NCBI GenBank assembly: GCA_963756925.1
Contig: CAVWPL010000006.1
Span: forward strand, 38,020-102,019
Reading direction: 5' to 3'
DNA: 64,000 bases
Source: an uncultured Actinomycetes bacterium
GTDB taxonomy: Bacteria > Actinomycetota > Thermoleophilia > Gaiellales > Gaiellaceae
The position numbers were made by a program, and so were the translations under genes. The notes under the pieces were generated by a model. That model did not search any database. It was not told where the DNA came from and saw only the letters and a program-made list of their open reading frames with translations. Within the stretch, counting starts at the first letter, position 1. Every line of letters starts with the position of its first letter. Below are positions 38,509 through 47,849 of this stretch, one piece after another.

Positions 38509-39079
38509 CCCGCAGCTCGTACTTCCGCACAAGAGCGCCAGTCGCATCGTGCTCGGACAAGTCAAAGTGAGCTGTCGAGCCGTCGATCTCGATGCCGGTC
38601 GTCGTCGCAATTCGCACCGGCATCCCACCTGCGGTCTCGAATACCTCGGTGTACCCCGGCTGCTCGACGGCTACATAGCGCGTTCTCGAATTGGGTTGCA
38701 CCCACGCAAAGCCAATGGGCTCGCCCGTGGCAGACCGACAGCCGGCGATGTCGAGTCGAGGATCCTGCAAACGACCGTCATCCAGGCGGCCGGCGGACGT
38801 TCCACACCAGCGTGGGTCGTTCTCACGAGGGCCAGGGCTGTCGTCGCACCCGTAGAGATCGGAACTGACGGCAAACGTGACGGTCGTGCTCGTCACTCCG
38901 ATCCGTTCGACGAGTGGCGAAGTGGGCTGGTGGTGCGGTTCGCTTGCTCGAAGACAATCCGCCGACAGTGACGGAAGCCTCATTTCGTCGACATCGACAA
39001 CGTGGACACGGGTCAACACGACAGGCCCTGAGACACGATCGAGCGCAGTCGGCGGCTCGCGCAACCGAGAACCGTCCAT
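38492..39079 (-). CDS. hypothetical protein, probably a lipoprotein with disrupted 5' end
   Basis: 195-aa ORF. In frame just upstream of its ATG, and after a TGA, the sequence reads SSIIGSLVACSDSNPSPPSKL (lipobox-like LVAC). This suggests the true N-terminus lies at about 39140 and is hidden by an indel. Confidence 0.45.
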   Translation of the reverse strand: MDGSRLREPPTALDRVSGPVVLTRVHVVDVDEMRLPSLSADCLRASEPHHQPTSPLVERIGVTSTTVTFAVSSDLYGCDDSPGPRENDPRWCGTSAGRLDDGRLQDPRLDIAGCRSATGEPIGFAWVQPNSRTRYVAVEQPGYTEVFETAGGMPVRIATTTGIEIDGSTAHFDLSEHDATGALVRKYELRATPAG

Positions 39080-39186
39080 GAGCTTCGACGGTGGCGACGG
39101 ATTGCTGTCGCTGCAGGCGACGAGCGATCCGATGATCGACGATCAGCGCGCAACGCGACCCGGGACGGCGCCTCGGCTGAATTTGC

Positions 39187-39813
39187 TCAGCTGCTCCAGC
39201 CGGTGCGGCGGACACCGCCATAGCTCGAGTCGCCGCGGTAGGTACGCGTCCAGATGTTCGTTCCGTACGCCTCACCCTTCGCTTCGATGATCTGATCCGT
39301 CCCGTCGGCGTTCTTCGCGTAGATCATCCCAATGTGGTTCTGACTGGCGAAGGCGTCCATCTTGATCGCGGCCGATTTGGTCACGGTCGTGTTTGGCGCA
39401 CCGATCCCGCTCCTGAAGTCGATCGCCCTGTACGGGCCGTGCACGTTACGAAGCATCCCCCACTGGAAGAAGCCGGCACTGCCTGTGTTTTCGGACTCTC
39501 GCCACACCTTGAACGTGAAGCCGGAGCAGTCGCCACCCTCGCCACCCGTGGACGGATTCTCGGTCGGGTCTCCAGGCGAGTCGTCGCGATCGTTGTCGTT
39601 CCAGCAGCCACCTGCCCATTGATAGCCCTCGTGTCGAGCGCGTAGCGCAACCGCGGCGGACCCCTCGCGCGTGATGTACGACGTCGGTGTGGGAGGGGCG
39701 TAGTTGCAGTTGTCGGCGACGAACCGCGTGTGGTACGCGTTCGCCGTTGCCGCAGCGGTGAGAAACGTCAGGACAAGCGAAGAAACGAGAACTGTCACAA
39801 CGCGCGCCATCAT
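39187..39813 (-). CDS. secreted NlpC/P60 family cysteine peptidase
   Basis: Signal peptide: MMARVVTVLVSSLVLTFLTAAATANA. Catalytic Cys context GGDCSGFTFKVW and His context NHIGMIY. The start overlaps the stop of the upstream ORF (ATGA at 39810-39813). Confidence 0.7.
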   Translation of the reverse strand: MMARVVTVLVSSLVLTFLTAAATANAYHTRFVADNCNYAPPTPTSYITREGSAAVALRARHEGYQWAGGCWNDNDRDDSPGDPTENPSTGGEGGDCSGFTFKVWRESENTGSAGFFQWGMLRNVHGPYRAIDFRSGIGAPNTTVTKSAAIKMDAFASQNHIGMIYAKNADGTDQIIEAKGEAYGTNIWTRTYRGDSSYGGVRRTGWSS

Positions 39814-41230
39814 CTAACCCCCAGGTCGTAACGATCGACGAATGCCCCGGTGGACGTGGAACCGAGTTGGTAGAGGGATGAGCCAACGAGCCGGAAGCGG
39901 CTGAGCGGAGCCGTTTCGGCCCAATCTGCGGAGGCGATGGACATCTCCCGAACGAGCCCGTTGGGTCCGAGCACGAGCGCGACGAACTCGTCGCTGACGT
40001 CCGTGTACACACGGATCACGAGCAGAAGTCGCTTGCCAAGTGGTTCTGCGAGCTGTACTTCGGCGACAGGTGTCGCGCTCGTGACTCGCCACGATCGGCG
40101 TACACCGTCGGCGTCGGTGGCGAGCACCCTGATCTCGGCGTTGTGTCGAAGGACGACGATCTCGCCACCTTTCGGAAGGGCGCGGCCCGGCCGGCCGGCC
40201 ATCATCTGGCTGGACGCGGACGCGACGGGAGCTTGCAGTGGCCATGGACATCCACTGACCCGACGGCTGCTGGAGGACGATCGGTCCACCGGGCCCGACA
40301 CGCACCTGCGACGCGCTTCGCTCGCTTGCTTCGACCGTGCCGCGGCTTTCACCAGCGACGCCGAAGGTGCGCAGAAGGGGTCGCTGCCCCTCGTGTGCGC
40401 TCTCGAGGACGTACATGCTTCCGTCTGAGGCAACAGCGAGGTCGGCAATCGTGCCGTCGATGACAATCGGGAATCGCGACCGGGCCTGAGCCTGCTGTCG
40501 ACCAGCGCAGAACGCGCCGGTGCACCTGGTCGAGGACGTGGACGGCTCCGCTCCCGCGCGACATCGAATGACGACGCGCCGATGGGAGGAAGGTTTCGTC
40601 CGCCTTCGATGCCGAGTTCCGCGAGCCCGTCGCCCCAGCGCGCCTCGGCAACTCGTGCGTCCGCGTCGCGGGTGCGATCCGAATAGCGTGCTTGCCGAGT
40701 GACACTTCGACCGGGTCGACCATCCGCACGCTGCGCTGTGGAGAGTCTGCGCCTCCCGGTGGCAGCGTCATCGTCGCACCGGTTGCGCTGCTTTCGAGGA
40801 CGGCGTAGTACGTGAAGCCTTCGGCCGCCTGCGCGATATCCCGCGGCACGACGGCGACGTACCCTCCGTCGACGCCGGTCTCATCGAGTCGAAGCGGCAG
40901 CACGCGGTAACGCCCTCGATCTCCGGGTCGCGCGAGGAACCCGTCCACCCGCGTCGCACGATCGCTCGGGTTGAGCCTCGTCGGCCGGAACGCAGTGGAT
41001 GTCGTATCGAAGCTCTACGGACTCGTCCGGGCTCGTCAGCAGCGGCGGCAGATGCGTTGCGTCGAGGAGGCTCCTCGACCCATTCACGTCCTGCTGACCA
41101 CTCGCGGTAGCTGCGAAGAGAACGAACGCGACACCCGCCGGAATCCCGAGAAGGCCCCGATCGCTGCGGCTATTCCATGCCGGCGGCGGGTTGGATGCTG
41201 GTTCTCAGTGGAGAGTCGCGACGTTGGCAT
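39810..41230 (-). pseudogene. secreted/membrane-anchored repeat (beta-propeller-like) protein gene broken by about 6 frame changes
   Basis: Protein-like segments chain across all three minus frames, in this order:
1. ...GIAAAIGAF
2. IPAGVAFVLFAATASGQQDVNGSRSLLDATHLPPLLTSPDESVELRYDIHCVP
3. ARPGDRGRYRVLPLRLDETGVDGGYVAVVPRDIAQAAEGFTYYAVLES...VEVSLGKHAI
4. DRTRDADARVAEARWGDGLAELGIEGGRNLPPIGASSFDVA
5. GSGAVHVLDQVHRRVLRW...
6. IVIDGTIADLAVASDGSMYVLESAHEGQRPLLRTFGV...
7. GGEIVVLRHNAEIRVLATDADGVRRSWRV...GAFVDRYDLGVR. Confidence 0.5.
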
Positions 41231-41317
41231 ATGAGACAACCAACGTAGCGACGATCCTGGCAGCATCGCGACCAAGCGCACGCGGTCGGCATCGTTCTGG
41301 CGCAGTTCTGCGACGCG

Positions 41318-43330
41318 TTAGGAGCGCACGGACGGAACGCGCAGCAACTCACGCTGAAGGCGCCGCGCCCGACGAGCAACGACCTCACGGAGGCGCACCG
41401 GCTCGAGGACGACGGTCGCGCCGCGGTCAGCGAGCACCTCGGACAGGAGCCAATCCTCCGTCTTGTACGGCACACTCGCGATCGCCGAGCCGTCCGTGAG
41501 GAGCTGCGCTCCGCGTTCGAGCTTCCACCGCGCGACGGCGGGAGCGTGAAGGACGCGTGCGACGCGCGGGTTCCGGAGGTAAGAAGGGTCGAAGCCTTCG
41601 CGAGGTTCGAAACGCTCCTGCGTGAGCTGGGCGGATCGCATGCGGTCGAGACGGAACGTTCGCGCAGCGTCGACGGAGCGGTCCCAGGTGTGGACGCGCC
41701 AAACTGGAAGCTCGCGTTCGATCGTGTAGGGCTCGACCAGGCGACGCGACGGCGTGTCCTCGCCCTCCTTCAGATACTCGAGCTCGACGAGCCTGTGCTT
41801 CTCGGCCCCGTCGCTCAGCACCTTCACGAGAGCCTCCTCGTCCAGAGCAATACGCGGCTCGGGCGTCGCATTGAGATCGAACCGCCCGAATGTCTCTTCG
41901 AGCTTCCGACGCACGCGCCGGAGCTTCGTATGTGCGTCCGCGGCGATCGTGGGGCCGACGTACTCGATCGCAAGCCGGATCGCGCGTGCTTCGAGGGGGG
42001 TCAACTTCGGAGGGCGCCGGAACACATCACCGTACAACTCCTTGTCGACGCGGACGACGCCTTCGTCGTGCTCCGCATAGACCGCGTAGCACCCGCCTCC
42101 GAAGTTGACGAGGTTGAGGAGCGAAAGGTGCTCCTGAAGCTCGTCGAGCGGAATCGTGAAGCTCTCGGCTAGCTCTGCGGCATCGAGAGTTGCCGTCTTC
42201 TCCTCGCCGCATGCAGTGAGGAGATGCGCGAGAAGAGCCTGGAGGAGACCGAACCGCTCCGGGGCGACGGGTCCGGTCGGTCGCTCGGAAACGGGGTGCC
42301 GCGGATCGCTTCGCTTCGGCCCCGCGGGCGCGGGGGCGGCTCCCGTGTGCGACTCGACAAGCTGGGCGAGTCCGTCCGCCACGGCTTCTCGGAGCTCGTC
42401 CGGCTCGAGCGGCACGGCCCTGCCGTTCTGTCGCAGGACCCAGCTTGCGAGCAGATCGACCTGCGCGAACTCCGTCTCGAAGACGCCATCGTCCACCGTG
42501 CCCGCGTCCGCGAGCGTGCGCTCGATCCACCAGGCAGTATCTCCCGAAACCGCGATCCGCGCGGTTGCGACCGCTTCCCCGATCTGCCACGGCCTCGGGA
42601 CTCGGTGCTCTTCGACGTCGAAGTCGACGGGTACCCGAAAGTCGCGTTCGCGGCGTGTGGCAAACCTGATGTCTCCCCGAATTCGTGACACCTTGAACGT
42701 CCTCACCGTGTCGCGTTCGAGGTCGTGCCCGATCACGTACCAGTTGCCGTCGTCGAGACGGAGGGCGTACGGATTCATTGCGCGCTCTCCCGGCCGCGGT
42801 CGCCGGGGGCTCCAGTAGCCGAAGCGCACGGTGCGCTGCTTCGAGATCGCAGACTCGAGCTTCGACAGCCGCCCTGCGAGCTCGGGCGAGTAGTCGGGCG
42901 CGCTCACGCGGACGCGCTCGGCCGTCTCCGTCGGAGGCGCTGTGAATCCGGTGCGACCGAGTGCGAGATTCTGGAGCGCGAGGCGCAAGGGCTCCGCGTA
43001 CGCGAACTTGCCTTCCAGGTAGTACAGCGCGGTCTGCAGCGCCGCGAGCTCGTCATCATCGAGCTCGAGGCGATCGAGAAAGTAGTTCTCGGAGCGAAGT
43101 GTGTAGAGCTCCTCTCCTGTGAACTCGTCGCGTTGAGACTGGAGCGGAACGCCCAGTGCGGTGAGCTCGGCGCGATCCGAGTAGAAGCGCCGCGCAAAGG
43201 CCTCGTCGGACATCTCGCTGTAGCCCTCGACATTCGACTTCACGTCGCGCGCCGTCAGCGGTCGTCGCTCTGCCATGAGGAAAGCGACCAGAGAGAGCTG
43301 TCGGATCAGCTTGTCGGCGTCATGCGACAT
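41318..43330 (-). CDS. fused tandem HTH-WYL-WCX transcriptional regulator (PafBC-like)
   Basis: 670-aa ORF with two consecutive modules. Module 1: KLIRQLSLVAFLMAERRPLTARDV (HTH) ... NPYALRLDDGNWYVIGHD (WYL). Module 2: RFGLLQALLAHLLTA...LDELQEHLSLLNLVNFGG (HTH) ... VEPYTIERELPVWRVHTWD (WYL). This architecture is known for naturally fused PafBC in some actinobacteria. Confidence 0.8.
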   Translation of the reverse strand: MSHDADKLIRQLSLVAFLMAERRPLTARDVKSNVEGYSEMSDEAFARRFYSDRAELTALGVPLQSQRDEFTGEELYTLRSENYFLDRLELDDDELAALQTALYYLEGKFAYAEPLRLALQNLALGRTGFTAPPTETAERVRVSAPDYSPELAGRLSKLESAISKQRTVRFGYWSPRRPRPGERAMNPYALRLDDGNWYVIGHDLERDTVRTFKVSRIRGDIRFATRRERDFRVPVDFDVEEHRVPRPWQIGEAVATARIAVSGDTAWWIERTLADAGTVDDGVFETEFAQVDLLASWVLRQNGRAVPLEPDELREAVADGLAQLVESHTGAAPAPAGPKRSDPRHPVSERPTGPVAPERFGLLQALLAHLLTACGEEKTATLDAAELAESFTIPLDELQEHLSLLNLVNFGGGCYAVYAEHDEGVVRVDKELYGDVFRRPPKLTPLEARAIRLAIEYVGPTIAADAHTKLRRVRRKLEETFGRFDLNATPEPRIALDEEALVKVLSDGAEKHRLVELEYLKEGEDTPSRRLVEPYTIERELPVWRVHTWDRSVDAARTFRLDRMRSAQLTQERFEPREGFDPSYLRNPRVARVLHAPAVARWKLERGAQLLTDGSAIASVPYKTEDWLLSEVLADRGATVVLEPVRLREVVARRARRLQRELLRVPSVRS

Positions 43331-43407
43331 CGAGCTGCGAGCTTACCGTTCGCTTGCCCCCGCCGTTTCGTCGCGGGCAACCAGCGTGCGGGCGCCGGGG
43401 CCGCGAG

Positions 43408-43861
43408 TCAAGCGGCGACGACGACGGCCTGTTCCAGATGCTGGTGCGACGGGCAGTAGTCCCGTCCGGGAAGCGGCGTGCGCTGGCAGGCCTTTCCCTT
43501 ACGTGTCGTCGCATGGCATCGTGCGATGCCACCGTCGAGAAGGCCAGCTTCGACCTGCTGCTCGATGAAACACCGTTGCCGCGCTCACACCTTCCCGTAC
43601 CGACCAGGCGACTCGGGCCTGCGCGGTGATCGGAAAGTAGCGCCTGATATCGGCGAAGAGCGCTCTGTCGGGTCGTGCGAAGTAATGAGGATCGTCTGCG
43701 AGTCGCTCCATCGTCTCCTCGCACTCCTCGAGCACTGCCCGGCGGTACTCGAGCTGCGTCATCGTGTCGACGTAGGGATCGATGAGATCCTTGATGGAGC
43801 GATAAATCGCTCGCGAGTATTGATACATACAGGAGCGGAGCTGTGCAACGTGATCATCCAT
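43408..43861 (-). CDS. hypothetical protein with C-terminal Cys/His motif (frame broken near 43565)
   Basis: MDDHVAQLRSCMYQYSRAIYRSIKDLIDPYVDTMTQLEYRRAVLEECEETMERLADDPHYFARPDRALFADIRRYFPITAQARVAWSVREGV... continues in another frame (own translation) as IEQQVEAGLLDGGIARCHATTRKGKACQRTPLPGRDYCPSHQHLEQAVVVAA, with a stop at 43408-43410. It has more A/T-ending codons than its neighbours. The ORF-track TTG start at 43933 sits 1 nt from the predicted -10 and is unlikely. Confidence 0.45.
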
Positions 43862-43934
43862 CGGCCAGTCGAGCTCTCCTGAGAATCCCGTTTCGTAGCT
43901 CGCAAAAAGCGGAGCGCAGACCCCGCAAGGCAAC

Positions 43935-43963
43935 AGTGTAGCGAGTTTTGGGGCTTGTTACAA
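43935..43963 (-). promoter_or_regulatory. putative sigma-70-type promoter (TTGTAA-17 nt-TACACT)
   Basis: The minus strand reads TTGTAA (43963-43958), a 17-nt spacer, then TACACT (43940-43935). It lies in a locally AT-richer gap upstream of the 43408..43861 gene. Confidence 0.4.
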
Positions 43964-44000
43964 AGTACGCCTTTGCGTCGTCACAACTGACAACTGGAGC

Positions 44001-45002
44001 TCACGGGACGATGCGCCGAACTCCCGCGGATCGGGCGAAGCTCCGAGCGGCCTGGAGTGCGCTCGTTGCCTCCGCCTCCGAGGTGTAGACGCCGGCAAAA
44101 ACCAGCCAATACCCCGGATGGAGACTTGCGTAACGCGACGAGTCGAGGACTCCGACGGACGGAAGCCCATCCTTGCGTGCTTCTCGAGCTCGCGTCATCG
44201 CCGCTCGTCTTCCATCGGACTGTGGAAGTGTGGCGAGCGCGATCGTCCAACCATCCTGCCCCGTGGGCCAGTCGATGATTCCGGCCTGACTATTGCTTGA
44301 GGGCAGCGGGATCGTGTCCGAGGCAGGTGTGCTCGCGAAACCCCCCGTCGCCGTCAGGAGCGCGGTGTTTCCGGCCGTGCCTCCGGTTGCGGCTACCGCG
44401 GCAGCTGCACCGACGAGAGCTACGAGGAGGCCGACGAGCGCTCGTCAGCACCCAGCCGCGTCCGGTCTCGCCCGAGACGACCAAGGGCACCGGGACCGAG
44501 CACACGGAGGCCGCACTCGAGACAGTACTCCTGCCCGGGTCCGATCTCCTCACCGCACTGTGGACAGCTGCGTCAATGCGCCGTGGTCTCGTCGATCCGA
44601 CTCGGGAGGCGCGCCGTCGACCGCACGTCCGCACGCTGCACAGAACCGGGCGCCGAGCAACAGAGGCGCGCCGCAGAGGCAGACCGCCGTGCCTCCACCG
44701 GCGCGCAGGTTGACGGTGCCGTCGAGCAGCGCGTCGATCTCCTGTACGCGCGCCTCGATGGCGATCAATTCCGCGCAGCGTTCGACAACGAGGCTCGCGT
44801 TGAACCGATCGCGCTTGTACATCTCGAGCGTCAGGCCTCCGAGGTCGCGGAGTCGCTCCTCGCGGACCAACAGCAGCGCCTTGCGCTCGCGCTTCAGCTC
44901 GCGAACGGGCGGAACCGTGTACGAGGGCTCAACCCGGCGGTTCCGTCGCCGCCTCTTGCGCGGCGGCGCGCCACCTAGCGATCCTGCCGTCGGGCTGCAC
45001 AT
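44001..45002 (-). CDS. double zinc-ribbon / transmembrane / SPOR-domain protein (2-3 frame breaks)
   Basis: Segments across frames, in order:
1. Coiled coil RELKRERKALLLVREERLRDLGGLTLEMYKRD and ribbon CLCGAPLLLGARFCAACG (ORF 44550..45002).
2. Second ribbon CPQCGEEIGPGQEYCLECG.
3. Transmembrane helix LVGLLVALVGAAAAVAA.
4. SPOR-like end GWTIALATLPQSDGRRAAMTRAREARKDGLPSVGVLDSSRYASLHPGYWLVFAGVYTSEAEATSALQAA (ORF 44001..44198 and its upstream extension). Confidence 0.5.
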
Positions 45003-45021
45003 GGGGGTGTCCGTGCGCTGG

Positions 45022-46449
45022 TCAAAGCTGGAGAACGACGAGTCGCTCCTCGGTCATCTCGCGAATGGCGTAGGCCGGCCCCTCCCGGGTGTTACCCGAG
45101 TCCTTGATTCCTCCGTACGGCATCTGGTCCGCTCGAAATGTCGGCGCCTCGTTCACGGTCACTCCACCGAATTCAAGCTGCCGAGCCACCCGCAGTGCCT
45201 GCTTGATGTCGCGCGTGAAGACGCCGGCCTGGAGTCCGAAGCGTGTCGCATTCGCAAGCGACACAGCCTCGTCGAGCGTGTCATACGGCGAGACGGTGCA
45301 GACCGGTCCGAAGACCTCCTCGCACGAGACCTTCGCGTCTCGGGCGGCATTCCCGATGACTGTCGGGCGGAGCAGCTCTCCGTCGAGCGCTCCTCCGGTC
45401 AGCACGTCTGCGCCCAGGCTGGCGGCCTCGTCGATCCATGCAACCACACGATCGCGTTCGGCGCCCGAGATCATCGGCCCCACGTCGGTCTCCTCGTCGG
45501 CAGGATCACCGACCTTGAGCGCCTCCACACGCGGGAGAAACCGCTCCAAGAAACCGGCATGTGCACTTCGCTCGACGTAGATCCGCTGAACGGAGATGCA
45601 GCTCTGCCCGGCGAAGCTGAAGGCATTCGCAGCCAGTCGTGCTGCCGCGTCATCCAGATCCGCGTCTGCGCTCACGATGACAGGGGTGGCGTTTCCGAGT
45701 TCCAGATTCACGCGTTTTCGAGCGGCTCGCTCGCGGAGCTTCCAGCCGACGGGTGCGGACCCGGTGAACGTGATCAGCTTCACGCGCTCGTCGTCGACGA
45801 GGACATCACCGATCGTGGCGGCAGGCCCACAGATCACGTTGAGCCACCCGCCGGGGAGTCCGGCCTCGAGCTCGAGCTCTGCGAGGAGCAGCGCCGAGAA
45901 CGGCGTCTGAGAGGCCGGCTTCAGCACGACGGCGCAACCGGCGGCGAGCGCGGGTGCGACCTTGTGCGCAACGAGGTTCAGCGGGAAGTTGAACGGTGAG
46001 ATGGCGGCGACGACACCGATGGGCTGTCGAATGGTGAAGGCGAGCTTCCCGTCGCCGGCCGGCGACGCATCCATGGGAACGACGTCGCCGGACAGCGTGC
46101 GTGCCTCTACCGCTGCCATCGTGAACGTCGACACTGCACGCGAAACCTCGATGCGCGCAGCCTTCATGGGCTTTCCCGCCTCGGCGCAGATCGTTCGAGC
46201 CGCTTCATCTGCCCGCTCCTCGATGAGCCGTGCAACGCGGTCGAGGATCAGCGCACGTTGATGAGCGGGCAACGGTTCCGCCATCGCGCTCTCGGCTGCG
46301 TCGATCGCGCTCGCGGCCTCGGCGGCCCCGGCCTTGGCGACTCGGCCAACCAGCTCGCCATCGTATGGAGACCGCACCTCGAGCCATGCCCCCGTCTCGA
46401 CCCACCTGTCGCCGATCAGGAGCGCGCGGTCGGTCGCGACGGTGGCCAT
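45022..46449 (-). CDS. NAD(P)-dependent aldehyde dehydrogenase
   Basis: ALDH family pattern: ISPFNFPLNLVAHKVAPALAAGCAVVLKPAS, FTGSAPVG, ELGNATP, and catalytic Cys context FSFAGQSCISVQR. Start set at the internal ATG 46449 (MATVATD). Confidence 0.88.
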   Translation of the reverse strand: MATVATDRALLIGDRWVETGAWLEVRSPYDGELVGRVAKAGAAEAASAIDAAESAMAEPLPAHQRALILDRVARLIEERADEAARTICAEAGKPMKAARIEVSRAVSTFTMAAVEARTLSGDVVPMDASPAGDGKLAFTIRQPIGVVAAISPFNFPLNLVAHKVAPALAAGCAVVLKPASQTPFSALLLAELELEAGLPGGWLNVICGPAATIGDVLVDDERVKLITFTGSAPVGWKLRERAARKRVNLELGNATPVIVSADADLDDAAARLAANAFSFAGQSCISVQRIYVERSAHAGFLERFLPRVEALKVGDPADEETDVGPMISGAERDRVVAWIDEAASLGADVLTGGALDGELLRPTVIGNAARDAKVSCEEVFGPVCTVSPYDTLDEAVSLANATRFGLQAGVFTRDIKQALRVARQLEFGGVTVNEAPTFRADQMPYGGIKDSGNTREGPAYAIREMTEERLVVLQL

Positions 46450-46581
46450 CGACGAGAGTCTAGATGGGACACTTTCGGGCATCGACGTCGGCGGGTTCGA
46501 GTCGTACGCACACTCGCCGGTTTCGGTCTGATCAACGCAGGGGTCACGATGAGAAGGGCGTTCCGAAAGTCGTCGCGTCTC

Positions 46582-46587
46582 TATGCT
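46582..46587 (+). promoter_or_regulatory. putative -10 hexamer TATGCT, 7 nt upstream of the thiolase ATG (leaderless-type)
   Basis: TATGCT at 46582-46587, spacer ttcgccg, ATG at 46595. Confidence 0.4.
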
Positions 46588-46594
46588 TTCGCCG

Positions 46595-47763
46595 ATGCGT
46601 GACGCGTATATCGTCGAGGCCGTTCGATCTCCGATCGGGAGACGTGGCGGCTCGCTCGCCGGAGATTCGAGCGGACGAGCTCGCGGCCCAGGTGCTGAAC
46701 GGCCTCGTCGGGCGGCTCGATGTCGAGCCCGGCGAGATCGAGGACGTCCAGATGGGGTGTGTGACCCAGGTCGGCGAACAGGCGCTCAACGTCGGACGTG
46801 GCGCCGTCCTCGTCGCAGGTTGGCCCGAAACCGTATGCGCGACGACTGTCGATCGACAGTGCGGCTCGTCGCTGCAAGCGGCGTTCAACGGTGCTGCCGC
46901 GATTCAGGCTGGCCACCTCGACGTCGTGGTCGCCGCCGGCGTCGAGCACATGACTCGTGTGCCAATGGGCTCGAATCTCGGCGACCTCGGCTGGGGTGCG
47001 GTCAACGAGAAGATCGGCGAGCGGTGGCCGATCGTCCCACAGGGCATCTCGGCGGAGGTGATCGCCGAGGAGTGGGGTCAGACCCGGGAACGAACTCGAC
47101 GCCTATTCGCTCGAATCCCACCGCCGCGCTGTCGCTGCGATCGATGACGGTAAGTTCGAGCGAGAGATCGTTCCCGTCGAGATCGATGCTGCGGGTGCGG
47201 TCGTGCTCTTCGGCGTCGACGAGACGCCTCGCCGAGACACATCGCTCGAGAAGATGGCCGGGCTGCAGCCGGCGTTCAAGGAGGGCGGCGTCGTCACCGC
47301 CGCCAACTCGAGCATGATCGTCGACGGCTCCGCGGCGATGCTGCTCGCGAGCGGCGACGCCGTCGAGCGCCTCGGACTCGAGCCTCGAGCCCGATTCGTG
47401 TCGTTCGGACTCTCTGGTGTCGACCCGTATCGAATGCTGCACGGCAACCCTGAGGCGTGCGCGCGTGCTCTCGGAAAGGCGGGCCTGGCCTGGGACGACA
47501 TCTCCGTCATCGAGGTCAACGAGGCATTCGCCTCCGTCGTGCTCCAGTTCCTCTCGGACACAGGTCTCGAGGAACGATGGACAGCGGGAGACGTCAATCC
47601 GAACGGTGGTGGGATCTCGCTCGGCCATCCTCTTGGGGCGACGGGCGCGCGGATCACGGCGACGCTCGTCAACGAGCTGGATCGTCGAGGTGCCCGATAC
47701 GGAATCGCGACGATGTGCATCGGGCAGGGCCAAGCGATCGCAGGGGTTGTCGAGCGACTCTGA
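46595..47763 (+). CDS. acetyl-CoA C-acetyltransferase (thiolase), two frame breaks (about 46662 and 47090)
   Basis: The gene chains across three frames:
1. MRDAYIVEAVRSPIGRRGGSLAG
2. RADELAAQVL...TVDRQCGSSLQA (active-site Cys)...VEHMTRVPMG
3. NELDAYSLESHRRAVAAIDDGKFEREIVPV...NEAFASV...NPNGGGISLGHPLGATGAR...CIGQGQAIA. Confidence 0.88.
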
Positions 47764-47849
47764 GTCGGCACGGATTCGATCAGCTCGTCTGATCGACTTG
47801 TGGAAAGTCCCGACTGGTGCTGATCAACCAGGGCGAGCATGATGCGCAT

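Noticed and set aside
43861-43933. Possible leaderless upstream mini-ORF. A TTG lies 6 nt after the TACACT -10, followed by about 24 codons, and its TGA overlaps the ATGGATGA start of the 43861 gene.
   Set aside because: It depends on an unverified promoter and a rare TTG leaderless start. The peptide (LRGLRSAFCELRNGILRRARLADG) has no supporting features. It is too speculative to report as a feature.
43981-43993. RecA-independent DNA-damage promoter motif (RDRM, TTGTCRGTG-N8-TAnnnT), the PafBC target, upstream of the gene preceding pafBC. The minus strand reads TTGTCAGTTGTGA.
   Set aside because: The nearest TAnnnT (TACTTT) is about 17-18 nt from TTGTCAGT rather than 8 nt. The tandem copy TTGTGACGA is off by 2 nt and diverges from the consensus. 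It does not meet the published spacing.
46482-46595. GGCGGGTTCGAGTCGT, resembling a tRNA T-arm (GGTTCGAGTC).
   Set aside because: No complementary 3' stem, acceptor stem or anticodon arm can be drawn. It is an intergenic coincidence.
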